Shown: positions 1-10,510, counted from the first letter of the stretch. The stretch is 32,000 nucleotides of DNA from Mycoplasmoides genitalium G37 (GCF_000027325.1 NC_000908.2:60001-92000); one strand, 5' to 3'. Notes: a model not told the origin generated them from the letters alone. Program-made: numbers and translations.

Positions 1-1005
1 GGTGATAAGGTTTCTTTAGCATTGGTTCCTATCTTAACTAGTTTAGGATTTAGTGTTGCTAAATTATCAGGAAGAGGCCTTGGTTATACTGGTGGAACAA
101 TTGATAAATTAGAAGCAGTTGGAGTTAAAACAGAATTAACTGACCAACAAGCACAAGCATGTTTAGATAAAAATGATTGTTTTATCATCGGACAAAGTAA
201 GGACATCGCACCAGTTGATAAAGTACTTTATGGTTTAAGAGATATTACTGGAACAGTTGATAGTTTGCCTTTAATTGCATCTAGTATTATGTCTAAAAAG
301 CTAGCAGTTATGAACGAGTATATTTTCATTGATCTTAAATATGGAAAAGGTGCCTTTTGTAAAACTAAGAAAATTGCTAACGAACTTGCAAAACTGATGC
401 AAAGTATTGCTAAAAGTTTTAAAAGAAAGCTGTCTGTTAAATTAAGTGATATGAATCAAGTACTTGGTAAAGCTGTTGGCAATGTAATTGAAGTTAATGA
501 AGCTGTTAACTTTCTAAAACAAGATTTAGATCAAGTAGGACAAGATTTTATTGATTTAATGCAAACAATTGTTATTAACATTCTACTTGAAACAAAACAA
601 GCAAAAACCAAACAAAAGGCTATTGAACTTTATCAGGATGTTTTAACTAGTAAAAAAGCATGAAATCGCTTTTTATCTTTTATTGAATCTCAAGGAGGAA
701 ATGTTGAATTATTTACTCAAAAAGAAGGTTTTTTTAAACCTAAGTATAAGGCATCTATAAAAGCTGAAAAAAGTGGTATACTACATTTTACTGATCCAAT
801 TGATTTAGCTAAAATTGGGATTAATCTAGGGGCAGGTAGGATGAAGAAAACAGATCAAATTGATCCAATGGCAGGGTTATTTTTAATGAAAAAAGATAAT
901 GAGTCTGTGGCAGTTGGAGACACTGTATTAAACCTGTATAGTTCTAGTCCTATTAGCAATGAATATATCTCTGCTGCTCAAAAAACAATAATTATTAATA
1001 AATAA
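1..1005 (+). CDS. deoA: Thymidine/pyrimidine-nucleoside phosphorylase, 5'-truncated by the window edge
   Basis: Frame 1 is open from base 1 (GDKVSLALVPILTSLG...). It contains SGRGLGYTGGTIDKLE, the phosphorylase TGGT-DKLE signature. ORF-track piece 22..663 ends at TGA 661-663; reading that as Trp continues the frame to TAA 1003-1005. Confidence 0.9.
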
Positions 1006-1013
1006 AAATTCCT

Positions 1014-1406
1014 ATGAAGGTGAATTTAGAGTGGATAATTAAACAGTTACAAATGATAGTTAAAAGAGCATATACTCCCTTTTCTAACTTTAAAGTTGCA
1101 TGTATGATTATTGCTAACAACCAAACTTTTTTTGGAGTTAACATTGAAAATTCTTCCTTTCCAGTAACTTTGTGTGCTGAAAGAAGCGCCATTGCTAGCA
1201 TGGTTACAAGTGGTCATAGGAAAATTGATTATGTTTTTGTTTACTTCAATACTAAAAATAAGAGTAACTCACCCTGTGGAATGTGCAGACAAAACTTACT
1301 GGAATTTTCCCATCAAAAAACAAAGCTTTTTTGTATTGATAATGATAGTAGTTATAAACAATTTTCCATTGATGAATTATTAATGAATGGTTTTAAAAAG
1401 AGCTAA
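1014..1406 (+). CDS. cdd: Cytidine deaminase
   Basis: 130 aa with the zinc-ligand motifs CAERSAI and PCGMCRQ. Its stop overlaps the next start (TAATG at 1404-1408). Confidence 0.92.
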   Translation: MKVNLEWIIKQLQMIVKRAYTPFSNFKVACMIIANNQTFFGVNIENSSFPVTLCAERSAIASMVTSGHRKIDYVFVYFNTKNKSNSPCGMCRQNLLEFSHQKTKLFCIDNDSSYKQFSIDELLMNGFKKS

Positions 1407-3058
1407 TGGATAAACTTAGATTAGAAGTTGAAAGATGGTTAAATCATCCTAATGTTAATTGGGAGTTAAAACAACAAATTAAGGAGTTGAATGAATCAGA
1501 AATTCAAGAACTTTTTAGTTTGGAAAAACCTTTATTTGGCACTGCAGGTGTAAGAAACAAAATGGCACCAGGTTATCATGGTATGAATGTTTTTTCTTAT
1601 GCCTATTTGACCCAAGGTTATGTTAAGTACATTGAATCCATCAATGAACCAAAGCGTCAACTACGGTTTTTAGTAGCACGTGATACAAGAAAAAATGGTG
1701 GTTTATTTTTAGAAACGGTTTGTGATGTAATTACATCTATGGGTCATTTGGCTTATGTGTTTGATGATAACCAGCCAGTTTCAACACCTCTAGTGTCCCA
1801 TGTCATTTTTAAATATGGTTTTAGTGGAGGTATTAATATCACAGCTAGCCATAACCCTAAAGATGATAATGGTTTTAAGGTTTATGATCATACTGGTGCA
1901 CAGCTTTTAGACACACAAACAAACCAATTGTTAAGTGATTTACCTTGTGTTACATCTATGCTAGATTTGGAATTACAACCAAATCCAAAGTTTGTCCATA
2001 CTCTTGACAATGAAAAGGTTTATAAAAACTATTTCAGAGAGTTGAAAAAGGTGTTGGTTATTAACAACAACAATTTCAAAGACATTAAGGTAGTTTTTAG
2101 TGGGCTTAATGGGACTTCAGTTTGCTTAATGCAACGCTTTTTAAAGTACCTTGGTTATAGCAATATTATCAGTGTTGAGGAACAAAATTGGTTTGATGAG
2201 AATTTTGAAAATGCTCCTAACTTAAATCCAGAGTATAAAGATACATGGATATTAGCACAAAAATATGCTAAGAAAAATAATGCTAAGTTAATTATTATGG
2301 CAGACCCTGATGCTGATAGATTTGCAATTGCAGAGTTAAATAATAATCAATGACATTATTTTTCAGGTAATGAAACAGGAGCAATTACTGCTTACTATAA
2401 ACTTAATCATAAGGTTTTTAAATCACCTTACATTGTCTCAACTTTTGTCTCAACTTATTTGGTAAATAAGATTGCTAAAAGATATGGCGCTTTTGTGCAT
2501 AGAACCAATGTTGGTTTTAAGTACATTGGTCAAGCAATTAATGAGTTATCACAAACAAACGAATTAGTTGTTGGTTTTGAAGAGGCAATTGGTTTAATAA
2601 CTAGTGATAAATTAAACCGCGAGAAAGATGCTTATCAAGCTGCTGCATTATTGCTTGAGATTGCTAGACATTGCAAAGAACAAAACATCACGCTTTTAGA
2701 TTTTTATAAAAGAATTCTTTCTGAGTTTGGTGAATATTTCAATTTAACAATATCTCATCCCTTTAAAGCTACTGCTACTGATTGAAAAGAAGAGATTAAA
2801 GCTTTATTTAATCAACTTATAAATGCTAATTTAACTGAAGTGGCTGGTTTTAAAGTAGTTAAAGTCCATCTTGATAAACAAACAAATATCTTAGAGTTTG
2901 GTTTTGAAAATGGCTGGGTTAAATTCCGCTTTTCAGGTACTGAACCTAAATTGAAATTTTACTTTGACCTAACTAATGGCACTAGAGAGGCTCTAGAAAA
3001 GCAAGCTAAGAAAATTTATAAATTCTTTGTAAATTTACTCAAACTCAACAAAGCTTAA
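1406..3058 (+). CDS. manB: Phosphomannomutase/phosphoglucomutase family protein (alpha-D-phosphohexomutase)
   Basis: Three frame-2 pieces (1406..2353, 2459..2785, 2840..3058) join across TGA 2351-2353 and 2783-2785 with no TAA/TAG between them. Motifs present: TASHNPKDDNGFKVY (catalytic Ser loop), DPDADR (metal loop), GFEEAIG and RFSGTEPK (phosphate loop). Confidence 0.9.
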
Positions 3059-3985
3059 ATTTTCTAAAGGTAAGTTAATTAATTGGGTTTTAGATGTTAA
3101 TTCTATCTCTACAACTGCTTTGTTAACTGTACCTTGATAAAGTGCTTTTATCTGTCCTTGAACATGAATAGTATCAGTTAAATGTACCTCTACTAAATTA
3201 CCAACACTAAATTCAAAGAGTTGTTCAACTTTATTGTCAGTATCAAGAATTTCATATTTGCCCAAAAAAGGAACTAATACTGATGGATCAAGTTTGGTTT
3301 GCTCACTTTGAATAATCGTTGCTTTTTCTTTCCATTCATCTTGTTCTTGACTATTTTGTAGTTTTTTAAAAGCTTCTTTTAGTTTTTCAGCATCAACAAT
3401 TTCTGAATCTTCATCCTCTTTTGGTTTTTGAATGGCTTGTTTTTGTTTTAAGATATATTGAAATTTTTCATCAAATTTATCACTGTCCATTTCAATAATG
3501 GCAGTATTTGTTAGCATAATTCGTTTGCTAGGATTGATTGATATCCCTTTAAGCATTTGTTCTAAATTATTAGCATCTTTTTCATCTAAAGGGATAGGTA
3601 AAGCACCCCTGCCAGAAGAACCTACTATGCCAGTGATCCCAGGGAAGTTACGAACAATTCTTCAAGCATCTTCACTATAAATCATCTTTATGTAGATGTA
3701 TCTACCAAGGAGATTTTTTTCACTAATTTTTACCCTAAGATAACGGTAATCATCAAGAACAAACCATTTGTTAAAAGTAGTGTTCTTTAAGGAACGAGGA
3801 AGTTTTCCTGATTTTAATGAATAAACTTCTTCATGAACTTCCCTTTCTTTTAGAACTTTAACATCAACAATCTCATGATTAAATCCTAAAGCTTGAATTT
3901 TAGCTTTTAGATTTTTTACAACAGCTTCATCTTTAATACTAACAGGAGCTACATACCACTTTGGTGTTAATTCACTAGCTTGCAT
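3035..3985 (-). CDS. nusG: Transcription antitermination factor NusG, unusually long (316 aa)
   Basis: Pieces 3662..3985 and 3035..3556 share a frame and join across TGA (3664..3662). I checked 3557..3661 and found no TAA/TAG. The joined segment reads WRIVRNFPGITGIVGSSGRGALPIPLDEKD, a typical NGN-domain end. The C-terminus has a KOW-like FSVGNLVEVHLTDTIHVQGQIKAL. Confidence 0.85.
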
Positions 3986-3988
3986 AAA

Positions 3989-4360
3989 TTAATTTTTAAA
4001 TATTCCCAACGTAATTAACAATTGATTGATACCAAAAAAGATTCCTACCATCAGTCCACTAACTAGCAAAATTAAAAGAAAAATTATGATAAGTTGTCTA
4101 CCTTTTACTCAAACAATTTTGTTGATCTCTTTATCAACTCCAAATCATAAATTAACAATTCGTTTTTTAAAAGGAAGCTTGGGTTTCTTTTCCTTTGCTA
4201 AACTTTCATGCTTTTCTTTTTCTTTAGTTCTTTCCTTATCTTTACTTTTCTTGGCTTCTGTTCTAAGTTTGAGCTGTTTATGTAACTCATGAATTGAAGC
4301 ATCATCATAAGCAGTTAGCTTTTCCTTCTTTTTAAAGCTAAAAGGCAGTTTTTTTTCCAT
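3989..4360 (-). CDS. secE: Probable preprotein translocase subunit SecE with a Lys/Glu-rich N-terminal extension
   Basis: The 71-aa piece 4145..4360 ends at TGA. Read-through gives WFGVDKEINKIVWVKGRQLIIIFLLILLVSGLMVGIFFGINQLLITLGIFKN and stops at TAA 3991..3989. It has a single C-terminal TM helix and lies directly upstream of nusG, the conserved secE-nusG arrangement. Confidence 0.65.
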
Positions 4361-4366
4361 GGCTTT

Positions 4367-4513
4367 TTAAAAAGAATCTAGATGCTTAGTTTTTTGATTG
4401 CACTGCTTGCAGTACTTGTTGATGATAAGTCGCTGCAAAGGTTGTTTTGTTCACCGTTTTACATAGTTACGACTTAAACAGTCTTGACAGACAAAAATAA
4501 TCTTTTTGCGCAA
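4367..4513 (-). CDS. rpmG: 50S ribosomal protein L33 (Zn-ribbon form)
   Basis: My own translation, absent from the ORF track because it is too short: (TTG)RKKIIFVCQDCLSRNYVKRWTKQPLQRLIINKYCKQCNQKTKHLDSF, stop TAA 4369..4367. It has CxxC...CxxC and one in-frame TGA. No ATG is present in the open frame, so I chose the TTG start by homology. Confidence 0.75.
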
Positions 4514-4526
4514 CTTCAGTAGCAAA

Positions 4527-4910
4527 TTATAAATTATCTGCTTGTTTTACTAATTTAATCTTTTGATAGCAATAGAGCTGTAAAAGGCCAAAGGGTAAAA
4601 AACAAGATCAGTGTAGAATTTTTTTGAATTTAGGTTCAATATTTTCACATGCAGTATTAATTGTTTTTCAAATCATTATGCTGATAACTAACTGGATGAT
4701 CATAAAACAGATAGCAAAAACTCCTAAAACAATTAAAACTGCTCGTAAATTAAAAAAAATAGGATCACTTCTAATTGCACTTAAACTAGCTTTTCTAATT
4801 AAATCAAAGATGATACCAATCCCTACTAAAGAGATAATACAAACTAAAAAAAAGATACTAATTAACAAAAGAATCTCATTAAGGTTATGGAGTTTTTTAA
4901 ATACTTTCAT
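4527..4910 (-). CDS. Hypothetical small membrane protein (127 aa)
   Basis: Piece 4668..4910 (two clear TM helices) ends at TGA 4670..4668. Read-through continues to TAA 4529..4527. Its ATG is overlapped by 14 nt by the rsmI stop, an operon-style junction. I recognise no family. Confidence 0.5.
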
Positions 4911-5730
4911 GGAAAAGTGTATAGAGCATACTTGATTTTAAATGCATTTTTTTAGCTAAATAATTGCATGCATCTTTTAACTTAACACCAATATCCATTA
5001 ACTTCTTTATTTCATATACTAAGTATTGATTGGAAGATAATGTTTGGTGATTAATATTTTGATTATCAATAACAATTACAAATTCTCCTTTTAAAGTGAT
5101 GTCAGGTAAAGTGTTTTCACTGGTGTTAAATCAATAATGTGATTCATGTAACTTAGTTAATTCTCTTCCTATAAAAACGTCATTGTTTTTAAAAACATTT
5201 TTCACAGTTTCTAAAGTATTTTCTAACCTATGCACTGCTTCAAAAAAAACGATAGTGCTTTTCTGATTTTGATAGGTACTTAAATAATTTTTGAGCTGAT
5301 TTTGTTTGTGACTTAAAAAACCTAAAAACAAAAGTGGTGTTGTTTTAAAACCACTAGTGATCAATCCACACATTAATGCACTAGGACCATTAATAACTTC
5401 GATTCTTATCTCCTTATTTTTTGATATGATCCAATTAATCATTTCATTACCAGGATCAGATAAACTAGGATAACCTGCATCACTAACAAGACAACACTTA
5501 AAGTTAGTTATAAATTCCTCAGCAAAAGTTAAATTCTGTTTTTCTTTAAAACTGTTGTTAATAACAAACTTTTTTTGCTTGCAATCAATGTTGAGTAAAT
5601 CCAGCATTTTTCTTGTTACTCTACTATCTTCACAGAATAACACTTCACAATCTTGTAACGCTTTTTTAGCTCTTTCACTTATCTCTTGAATATTACCAAT
5701 TGGTGTAGCAACTACTTTAAGTGTTTTCAT
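4897..5730 (-). CDS. rsmI: 16S rRNA 2'-O-ribose C1402 methyltransferase (tetrapyrrole-methylase fold)
   Basis: Piece 5131..5730 joins across TGA 5133..5131 and ends at TAA 4899..4897 (277 aa); I verified this codon by codon. The N-terminus [20 protein letters not shown]...[12 protein letters not shown] matches the RsmI TPIGN/EDTR pattern. Confidence 0.85.
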
Positions 5731-6248
5731 ACATCTTGAAAAGTTAGATTTAATAAGTTAAGTTTTTTAAATAGTTGCTTGTGGTTAAAATAAGGTAAAT
5801 TAAGATTATTGCATAAAAGTAATCGCTTTTTCTTATCATTTAACTTTAAGCTTAAATACTGATCTCATAATATGCTTTGATTAGCATTTTTTGTGATTGC
5901 AACACGATTATTTAAAGCAGCAATTAAAGCACTAGTTTCCATTTCAGCAATACCAGCTTTTTTAGCGTTTTTTAACCTTGCATTCATATCAACATAACAG
6001 TTGTAATAGTTTGTTAGATGTTGTTCTAATTTACTTCTAATCTTTTTGCCTTGTTGATCTGGATCTAATAACAAGATAACAGTTTGCTTTTCACTGATTT
6101 TTTTAATTAGGTTAATAGTTTCTTTTTTTAAAGCTGAACCATTTGTTGTAATTACATCTACATCAAAAATTTGCTGTAATTTAGCTTGGTCAGTTTTACC
6201 CTCACAAACAATTACCCCATCAATTTTTATACGTGCTTTTTGATCCAT
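5712..6248 (-). CDS. rnmV: Ribonuclease M5 (Toprim domain)
   Basis: Piece 5865..6248 reads through TGA 5867..5865 to TAG 5714..5712 (178 aa). Toprim motifs are VIVCEGKTD and LLLDPDQQGKKIR. It overlaps the rsmI start by 19 nt. Confidence 0.8.
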
Positions 6249-7225
6249 TCAATGTGACGTTCATATATTGCAGAAACTGATAAGCTGTTAGCGTAACACA
6301 GAACAACCTCTTCATATAAAGATGCTAGATCAACTACTTCAAACTGCTTTACAGCTTTAAACTTATATTGAGGAATAGAGTTTGATACAAACAAGAAATC
6401 AATTAGTTTTTGATCAAATGCTTCCATAAACTTTTGTTCTGCATCATTGTTAAACAAACCATGAGTTGCCATTACACACACTTTTTTAGCTTGTTCTTTT
6501 TGTAATAGCTTGGCTGCTGCAATTACTGTACCACCAGTATCTATCATGTCATCAACTATTAAACAGTTTTTATTTTTCACTTCACCTAAAACATTAATTG
6601 ATTCAGCAACATTATGAGATGGTCTTCTTTTATCAATAATGGCTAATGGTAGTTCTAGTGTATTTGCAATTAACCTTGCTCTTTTAACCCCACCATAATC
6701 AGGGGAAACAACCACCAAGTCTTTTTTACCAAGTAGTTCTATAACTCTAAAAAGAAAGATGTGATAAGTTCTTAAAGAATCAACGGGAATATCAAAAAAA
6801 CCTTGGGTTTGATCACTATGAATGTCAGTTAGAACAACCCTGTTAGCACCTGCTTTTGTTAACATATCAGCAATCAATTTACTGGTAATTGGTTCTCTTC
6901 CTTTTGTTTTTCTATCTTGTCTTGCATATCCATAATAGGGTAGAATGGCAGTAATACTTTTAGCACTACCTCTTTTCAATGCATCAATAGCAATTAAAAG
7001 TTCCATTAAGCTATCGTTAACATTAGGACAGGTTGATTGAAAAATATAGATATCTTTGTTACGAACTGATTCATCAAAACGGATATAAGTTTCACCATCA
7101 GCAAAGTGTTCGCAAACCATTTTGCCCTCTGAAATATTTAGTTTTTTGCAGATATTTTCAACCAGTGTTTTGCTTTTAGATAAACTAAAAATAACGTGCT
7201 TTTTATTATCGATACTCAGCTTCAA
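6227..7225 (-). CDS. prs: Ribose-phosphate pyrophosphokinase (PRPP synthetase)
   Basis: Motifs: YYGYARQDRK, the PRPP loop LIVDDMIDTGGT, and VSPDYGGVKRA. The stop is TAA 6229..6227. The start is uncertain. TTG 7225 gives MKLSIDNKKHVIFSL, the N-terminal length I recall for B. subtilis Prs. The longest ORF starts at ATG 7318, 113 nt inside smpB. Confidence 0.88.
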   Translation of the reverse strand: MKLSIDNKKHVIFSLSKSKTLVENICKKLNISEGKMVCEHFADGETYIRFDESVRNKDIYIFQSTCPNVNDSLMELLIAIDALKRGSAKSITAILPYYGYARQDRKTKGREPITSKLIADMLTKAGANRVVLTDIHSDQTQGFFDIPVDSLRTYHIFLFRVIELLGKKDLVVVSPDYGGVKRARLIANTLELPLAIIDKRRPSHNVAESINVLGEVKNKNCLIVDDMIDTGGTVIAAAKLLQKEQAKKVCVMATHGLFNNDAEQKFMEAFDQKLIDFLFVSNSIPQYKFKAVKQFEVVDLASLYEEVVLCYANSLSVSAIYERHIEWIKKHV

Positions 7226-7643
7226 GCTCGCGTCGGATTGTTTTCTTTTTAATAGTTTCACGTTTGTCAAATTTCTTTTTAGGTTTTGCCAATCAAATTT
7301 CCACTTTAATTTTGCCATTTCTAAAGAATACTTTACTTGGGATTACAGATAAAGATTGTTGTTGTTTTTTATTGATAATTTGTTTAATTTCATGTTTATT
7401 TAATAAAAGTTTCTTAATTCTATCTGAAGCGTGATTTAATGGACCTGCAAAACTATAAGGTGGAATAGTGAACTGTTCTAAAAAAAGCTCATTGTTTTTA
7501 ACAAAAACATAAGCTTCTTTTAAACTACCTTGACCTAAACTTAAAGCTTTAACTTCACTTCCTTTTAAAACTATTCCAGCACAATAAGATTCCATTAAAT
7601 GATAGTCATATTTAGCCTTAGGATTGTTAACAAGAATTAACAT
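7206..7643 (-). CDS. smpB: SsrA-binding protein SmpB
   Basis: Piece 7293..7643 reads through TGA 7295..7293 into the basic tail WLAKPKKKFDKRETIKKKTIRRELEAEYR, ending at TAA 7208..7206 (145 aa). The N-terminus NPKAKYDYHL...GIVLKGSEVKAL is SmpB-like. Confidence 0.9.
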
Positions 7644-7649
7644 TTATCA

Positions 7650-8543
7650 ATGAAATTATCTGTAATTATACCTACTTACAATTGTGCATCATTTATTGAA
7701 AAAGCAATTAATTCAATTGTTAAAAATAGACCTAATGATTTGGAAATAGAAGTTTTAATTATTGATGATGGATCAATTGACAATACTAACAAAGTTATTA
7801 AGAAAATTCAAGACCAAATTAATAATTTAACTTTGCAGTATTTTTACAAAAGTAATGGTAACTGGGGTAGTGTTATTAATTATGTTAGAAACAATAAACT
7901 AGCAAAAGGGGAATGAGTAACAGTATTGGATAGTGATGACATTTTTTCAAAAAAAACAATTTCTATTTTTCAAAAATATGCCCAAAAACAAAGATATGAT
8001 GCGATTATTTTTGACTACTATAAATGCTGAAAAAAGTTTTTGTGAAAAATTCCTACCTATGCAAGGTTTAGAAAAGAAATTAAAGGTGAATTGAAAAAAC
8101 AAACACCTTTTTGTATTCCCTTAGCTAAGTTTTTTAAAAATGAGGTTTTCTATCAACTTCCTAAACTAAGAGAAAATGTTGGTTTTCAAGACGCTATTTA
8201 TACGATGCATGCATTACAAATTGCAAATAATGTTTTCCATGTTTCTAAAGCTGGAGGATATTACTTTTTTAAAAGGGTAGGTAACTCTATGAGTATCCCT
8301 TGACACAGTTCTAGGTTTGATATTGAAGTACAAATCTGCAAGGATCTGATTGAAAATAATGCGCAAGAGATCGCTTTAGTGCATTTACTTCGTTTAAAAT
8401 TTCGTAATTTAGTTGATGATAAAAAGATTAAATTTACAGTTAAAAGAGACTTTTGTTTTAGTGGTTTTAGTTGGTATAGTAGGTTAATTTTATCTCTGAT
8501 GTATAACTTCTGATTGAAACGTTATTTCAACAGTTCTGAATAA
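7650..8543 (+). CDS. Family-2 glycosyltransferase
   Basis: Frame-0 pieces 7650..7916 and 8091..8303 plus the downstream stretch join across TGA codons; I checked every codon over 7914-8093. The gene ends at TAA 8541-8543 (297 aa). It has SVIIPTYNCASFIEKAINSI, IIDDGS and VLDSDD (GT-A DxD). Confidence 0.85.
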
Positions 8544-10225
8544 CGATTTTTTTGCTTATTTGCAATTACAAACTGTCATTCATTGAGTTTTCATTTTCTT
8601 GTCATTTCCTGAACCAATTGATCACCATCTTTAATCCAACAAGCAGGAAAGAACTTAACAATTAGGTTTGCTAGTGCAATAAGTCCTAAGAAGAAAACAA
8701 TACTTACAATTACCCCTGGTAAAATACTTGTACCTTTTCCTTGAATTAAAACAGGCGCTTGGAGAAATACTGATTGGGTAATGTCAAATAAGGTGTAAGC
8801 AATATAACCAAAGCCCCAACAAAATCCAAAAAGAATAGGAAGTTCATTCTTCTTGTAATCTTTAAATTCATATGGCAGGATTAAATTTGAACTTGATAAA
8901 CTCCAAGCAAATGCACCACCGATAAATGAAAAGATACTAATTAAAGCAAACCCAGCTGCACTACCAATACCAAGTGTTGCTGCAAACATGATGATTATAA
9001 GCAATACCACTATGTTAGCTGTTAATAAGAAGTGCATTCACCTCTTCTTGTCATAAATGGTTTTATTAAATGGTGAAAAAACAACAAAGCCCAAAGCATA
9101 ACCAATAACTCAAAAAATAGCAAGTGTTGCTAAACCTGTTGTGTACACACCAGTACTTATCAAACCATTTGATCCTGATGGGGAAACAGTTTGCAAGATG
9201 CTAAATCAAGCTGGAGTTAACGGATTGACTATTAGTATTAAAACTATGCCATAAACACCAATTAATTTTCATGTTGTTTTATTCTTTAAGATATCTATGG
9301 ATTTTGGTTGAGTAGTTAAACTCATATTTTCCTTAGTTTGCTTTTGAGGAAAGATGTGATCTATCTTGCTTTCAAACCATAAAAATAAACATAAGTTAGC
9401 AAACACAACCAAAATCATCACAGTCATAATGTAAACCCAGTATTGAGAGGCTACTTGTTGAACTTGTTCAAATAAAAACGGTGTGAAAACTACTGCAATC
9501 CCAATGTTAAAACCCCAAAGGTTAGCATTAGATAGGATTGATTTTTTTCTGTTTGAAGAAAGATTAGCAATTGCTGGTTGAGTATAAACTACTAAGGTAG
9601 TTCCACCAATAGCAATTGTGCTTCTAAAGATAATAAACAATGCATAACCAGTAATTGATGCAGCTGTACCAATACTATTACCATCCAAACCCTTAATAAG
9701 TTCAACACTTGTTCCATCTGCAAGCATCGTTTTACCATTGATCATCACCGGTCCAAGTAATTGACCCACTTGTAAATTGCTACTTAGTGAACTTAATTGA
9801 GTTTTTACTGAATCTGATAAAGGTCTTAATAAAGTTAATTGATTATGACCATTCAAAGGGTCTCCTATAATAAGAAAGGGAAAACAAACACACATGATTC
9901 CCATCATGATTAAAACCGCATAACGATAACCAAATTTCAAAACAACAACTCCACAAAGAATAGAACCTACTGCTCTCAATAAAGTGATAGTTCAGTTGGT
10001 GGAAGATGTGGCTATTTGCCCAGCATTTTCAGTAAAGAAAGAACTTAACCAACCACTGTACTGTGGTAAAGTGGTGGTTGATTGAGTAAGTATACCAGTT
10101 GGTTTACCACTAATTCGATCAATTACAAACCATTCAACTACAAACAATAGATACCCAAAAATTACTATGATCCACAGGGTAATAAGTTTCAGATCACTTA
10201 CTTTTTTTTGACTTTTATTTTCCAC
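8522..10225 (-). CDS. Polytopic membrane transporter, probably MFS-type (567 aa)
   Basis: Three same-frame pieces (9992..10225, 9269..9979, 8591..9037) join; I checked 9038..9268 and 9980..9991 and found only TGA, never TAA/TAG. Read-through of TGA 8593..8591 ends at TAA 8524..8522. It is hydrophobic throughout, with many TM helices. The GTG start at 10225 is the first start after an upstream TAA. The MFS assignment comes from my memory of the MG061 annotation, not from a motif I can point to. Confidence 0.72.
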
Positions 10226-10351
10226 AAATTAAGACAGAATTTACATTAGACTAATTTTAAAAGCTGTAGCTAATTGTTTTTTAGAACAAACTGAATCAAA
10301 GAATTTGAAATTGTCTTTCATTGTTAACAGCATTTAACAACAAAATTGAAT

Positions 10352-10380
10352 AAAAATAAAAAACAGACCCTGATGGTCTG
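10352..10380 (-). terminator. Rho-independent terminator downstream of tRNA-Ser
   Basis: On the minus strand: CAGACC-atcag-GGTCTG (10380..10364) followed by TTTTTTATTTTT (10363..10352), 12 nt after the tRNA 3' end. Confidence 0.55.
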
Positions 10381-10392
10381 TTGGATATTTAA

Positions 10393-10481
10393 TGGCGGAA
10401 GCGGTGGGATTCGAACCCACGCACCGTAGAACGATCTAACACCTTAGCAGGGTGTCCTCTTAACCACTTGAGTACGCTCCC
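10393..10481 (-). tRNA. tRNA-Ser (anticodon GCU), class II with long variable arm and encoded CCA
   Basis: I folded the reverse complement by hand: acceptor GGGAGCG/CGCTTCC (one G-U pair), anticodon stem ACACC/GGTGT, loop CTGCTAA, a 17-nt variable arm, T-arm GTGGG-TTCGAAT-CCCAC, discriminator G, then CCA. Confidence 0.9.
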
Positions 10482-10495
10482 AGTTTGTTGTTAAA

Positions 10496-10510
10496 TTTAT
10501 TATAAATATG
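10496..10510. promoter_or_regulatory. Candidate back-to-back -10 elements in the 48-nt divergent tRNA-Ser / fruA spacer
   Basis: TTTATTATAAATATG reads TATAAT on the minus strand (10504..10499, 17 nt before the tRNA 5' end) and TATAAA on the plus strand (10501..10506, 23 nt before the fruA ATG). This is sequence inspection only, in an AT-rich background. Confidence 0.3.

Noticed and set aside
995-1383. ORFs 995..1201 (-) and 1174..1383 (+).
   Set aside because: They overlap cdd in the antisense or an alternative frame, and cdd has both zinc-binding motifs.
3498-3680. Plus-strand ORF 3498..3680, which spans the apparent gap between the two nusG pieces.
   Set aside because: The gap is an artefact of a TGA-Trp codon. 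The minus-strand frame through it encodes the conserved NusG GITGIVGSSG...PIPL segment.
4349-4356. Homopolymer A8/T8 tracts at the 5' ends of genes (secE codons 3-5 at 4349-4356; transporter codons 6-8 at 10202-10209; 18241-18249 in the ABC ATPase), considered as slipped-strand phase-variation switches.
   Set aside because: They are simply AAA-Lys codon runs in an AT-rich genome and lie in housekeeping or essential genes. Without population data there is no reason to invoke phase variation.
4026-4935. Plus-strand ORFs 4026..4292 and 4624..4935.
   Set aside because: They are antisense to secE, whose low-complexity K/E region mirrors as an L/S/F-rich ORF, and to the rsmI/127-aa ORF pair. The minus-strand genes have homology or operon-junction support.
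7122-7352. Plus-strand ORF 7122..7352.
   Set aside because: It is antisense to the prs/smpB junction and consists of a low-complexity L/F/S mirror of Lys-rich coding sequence.
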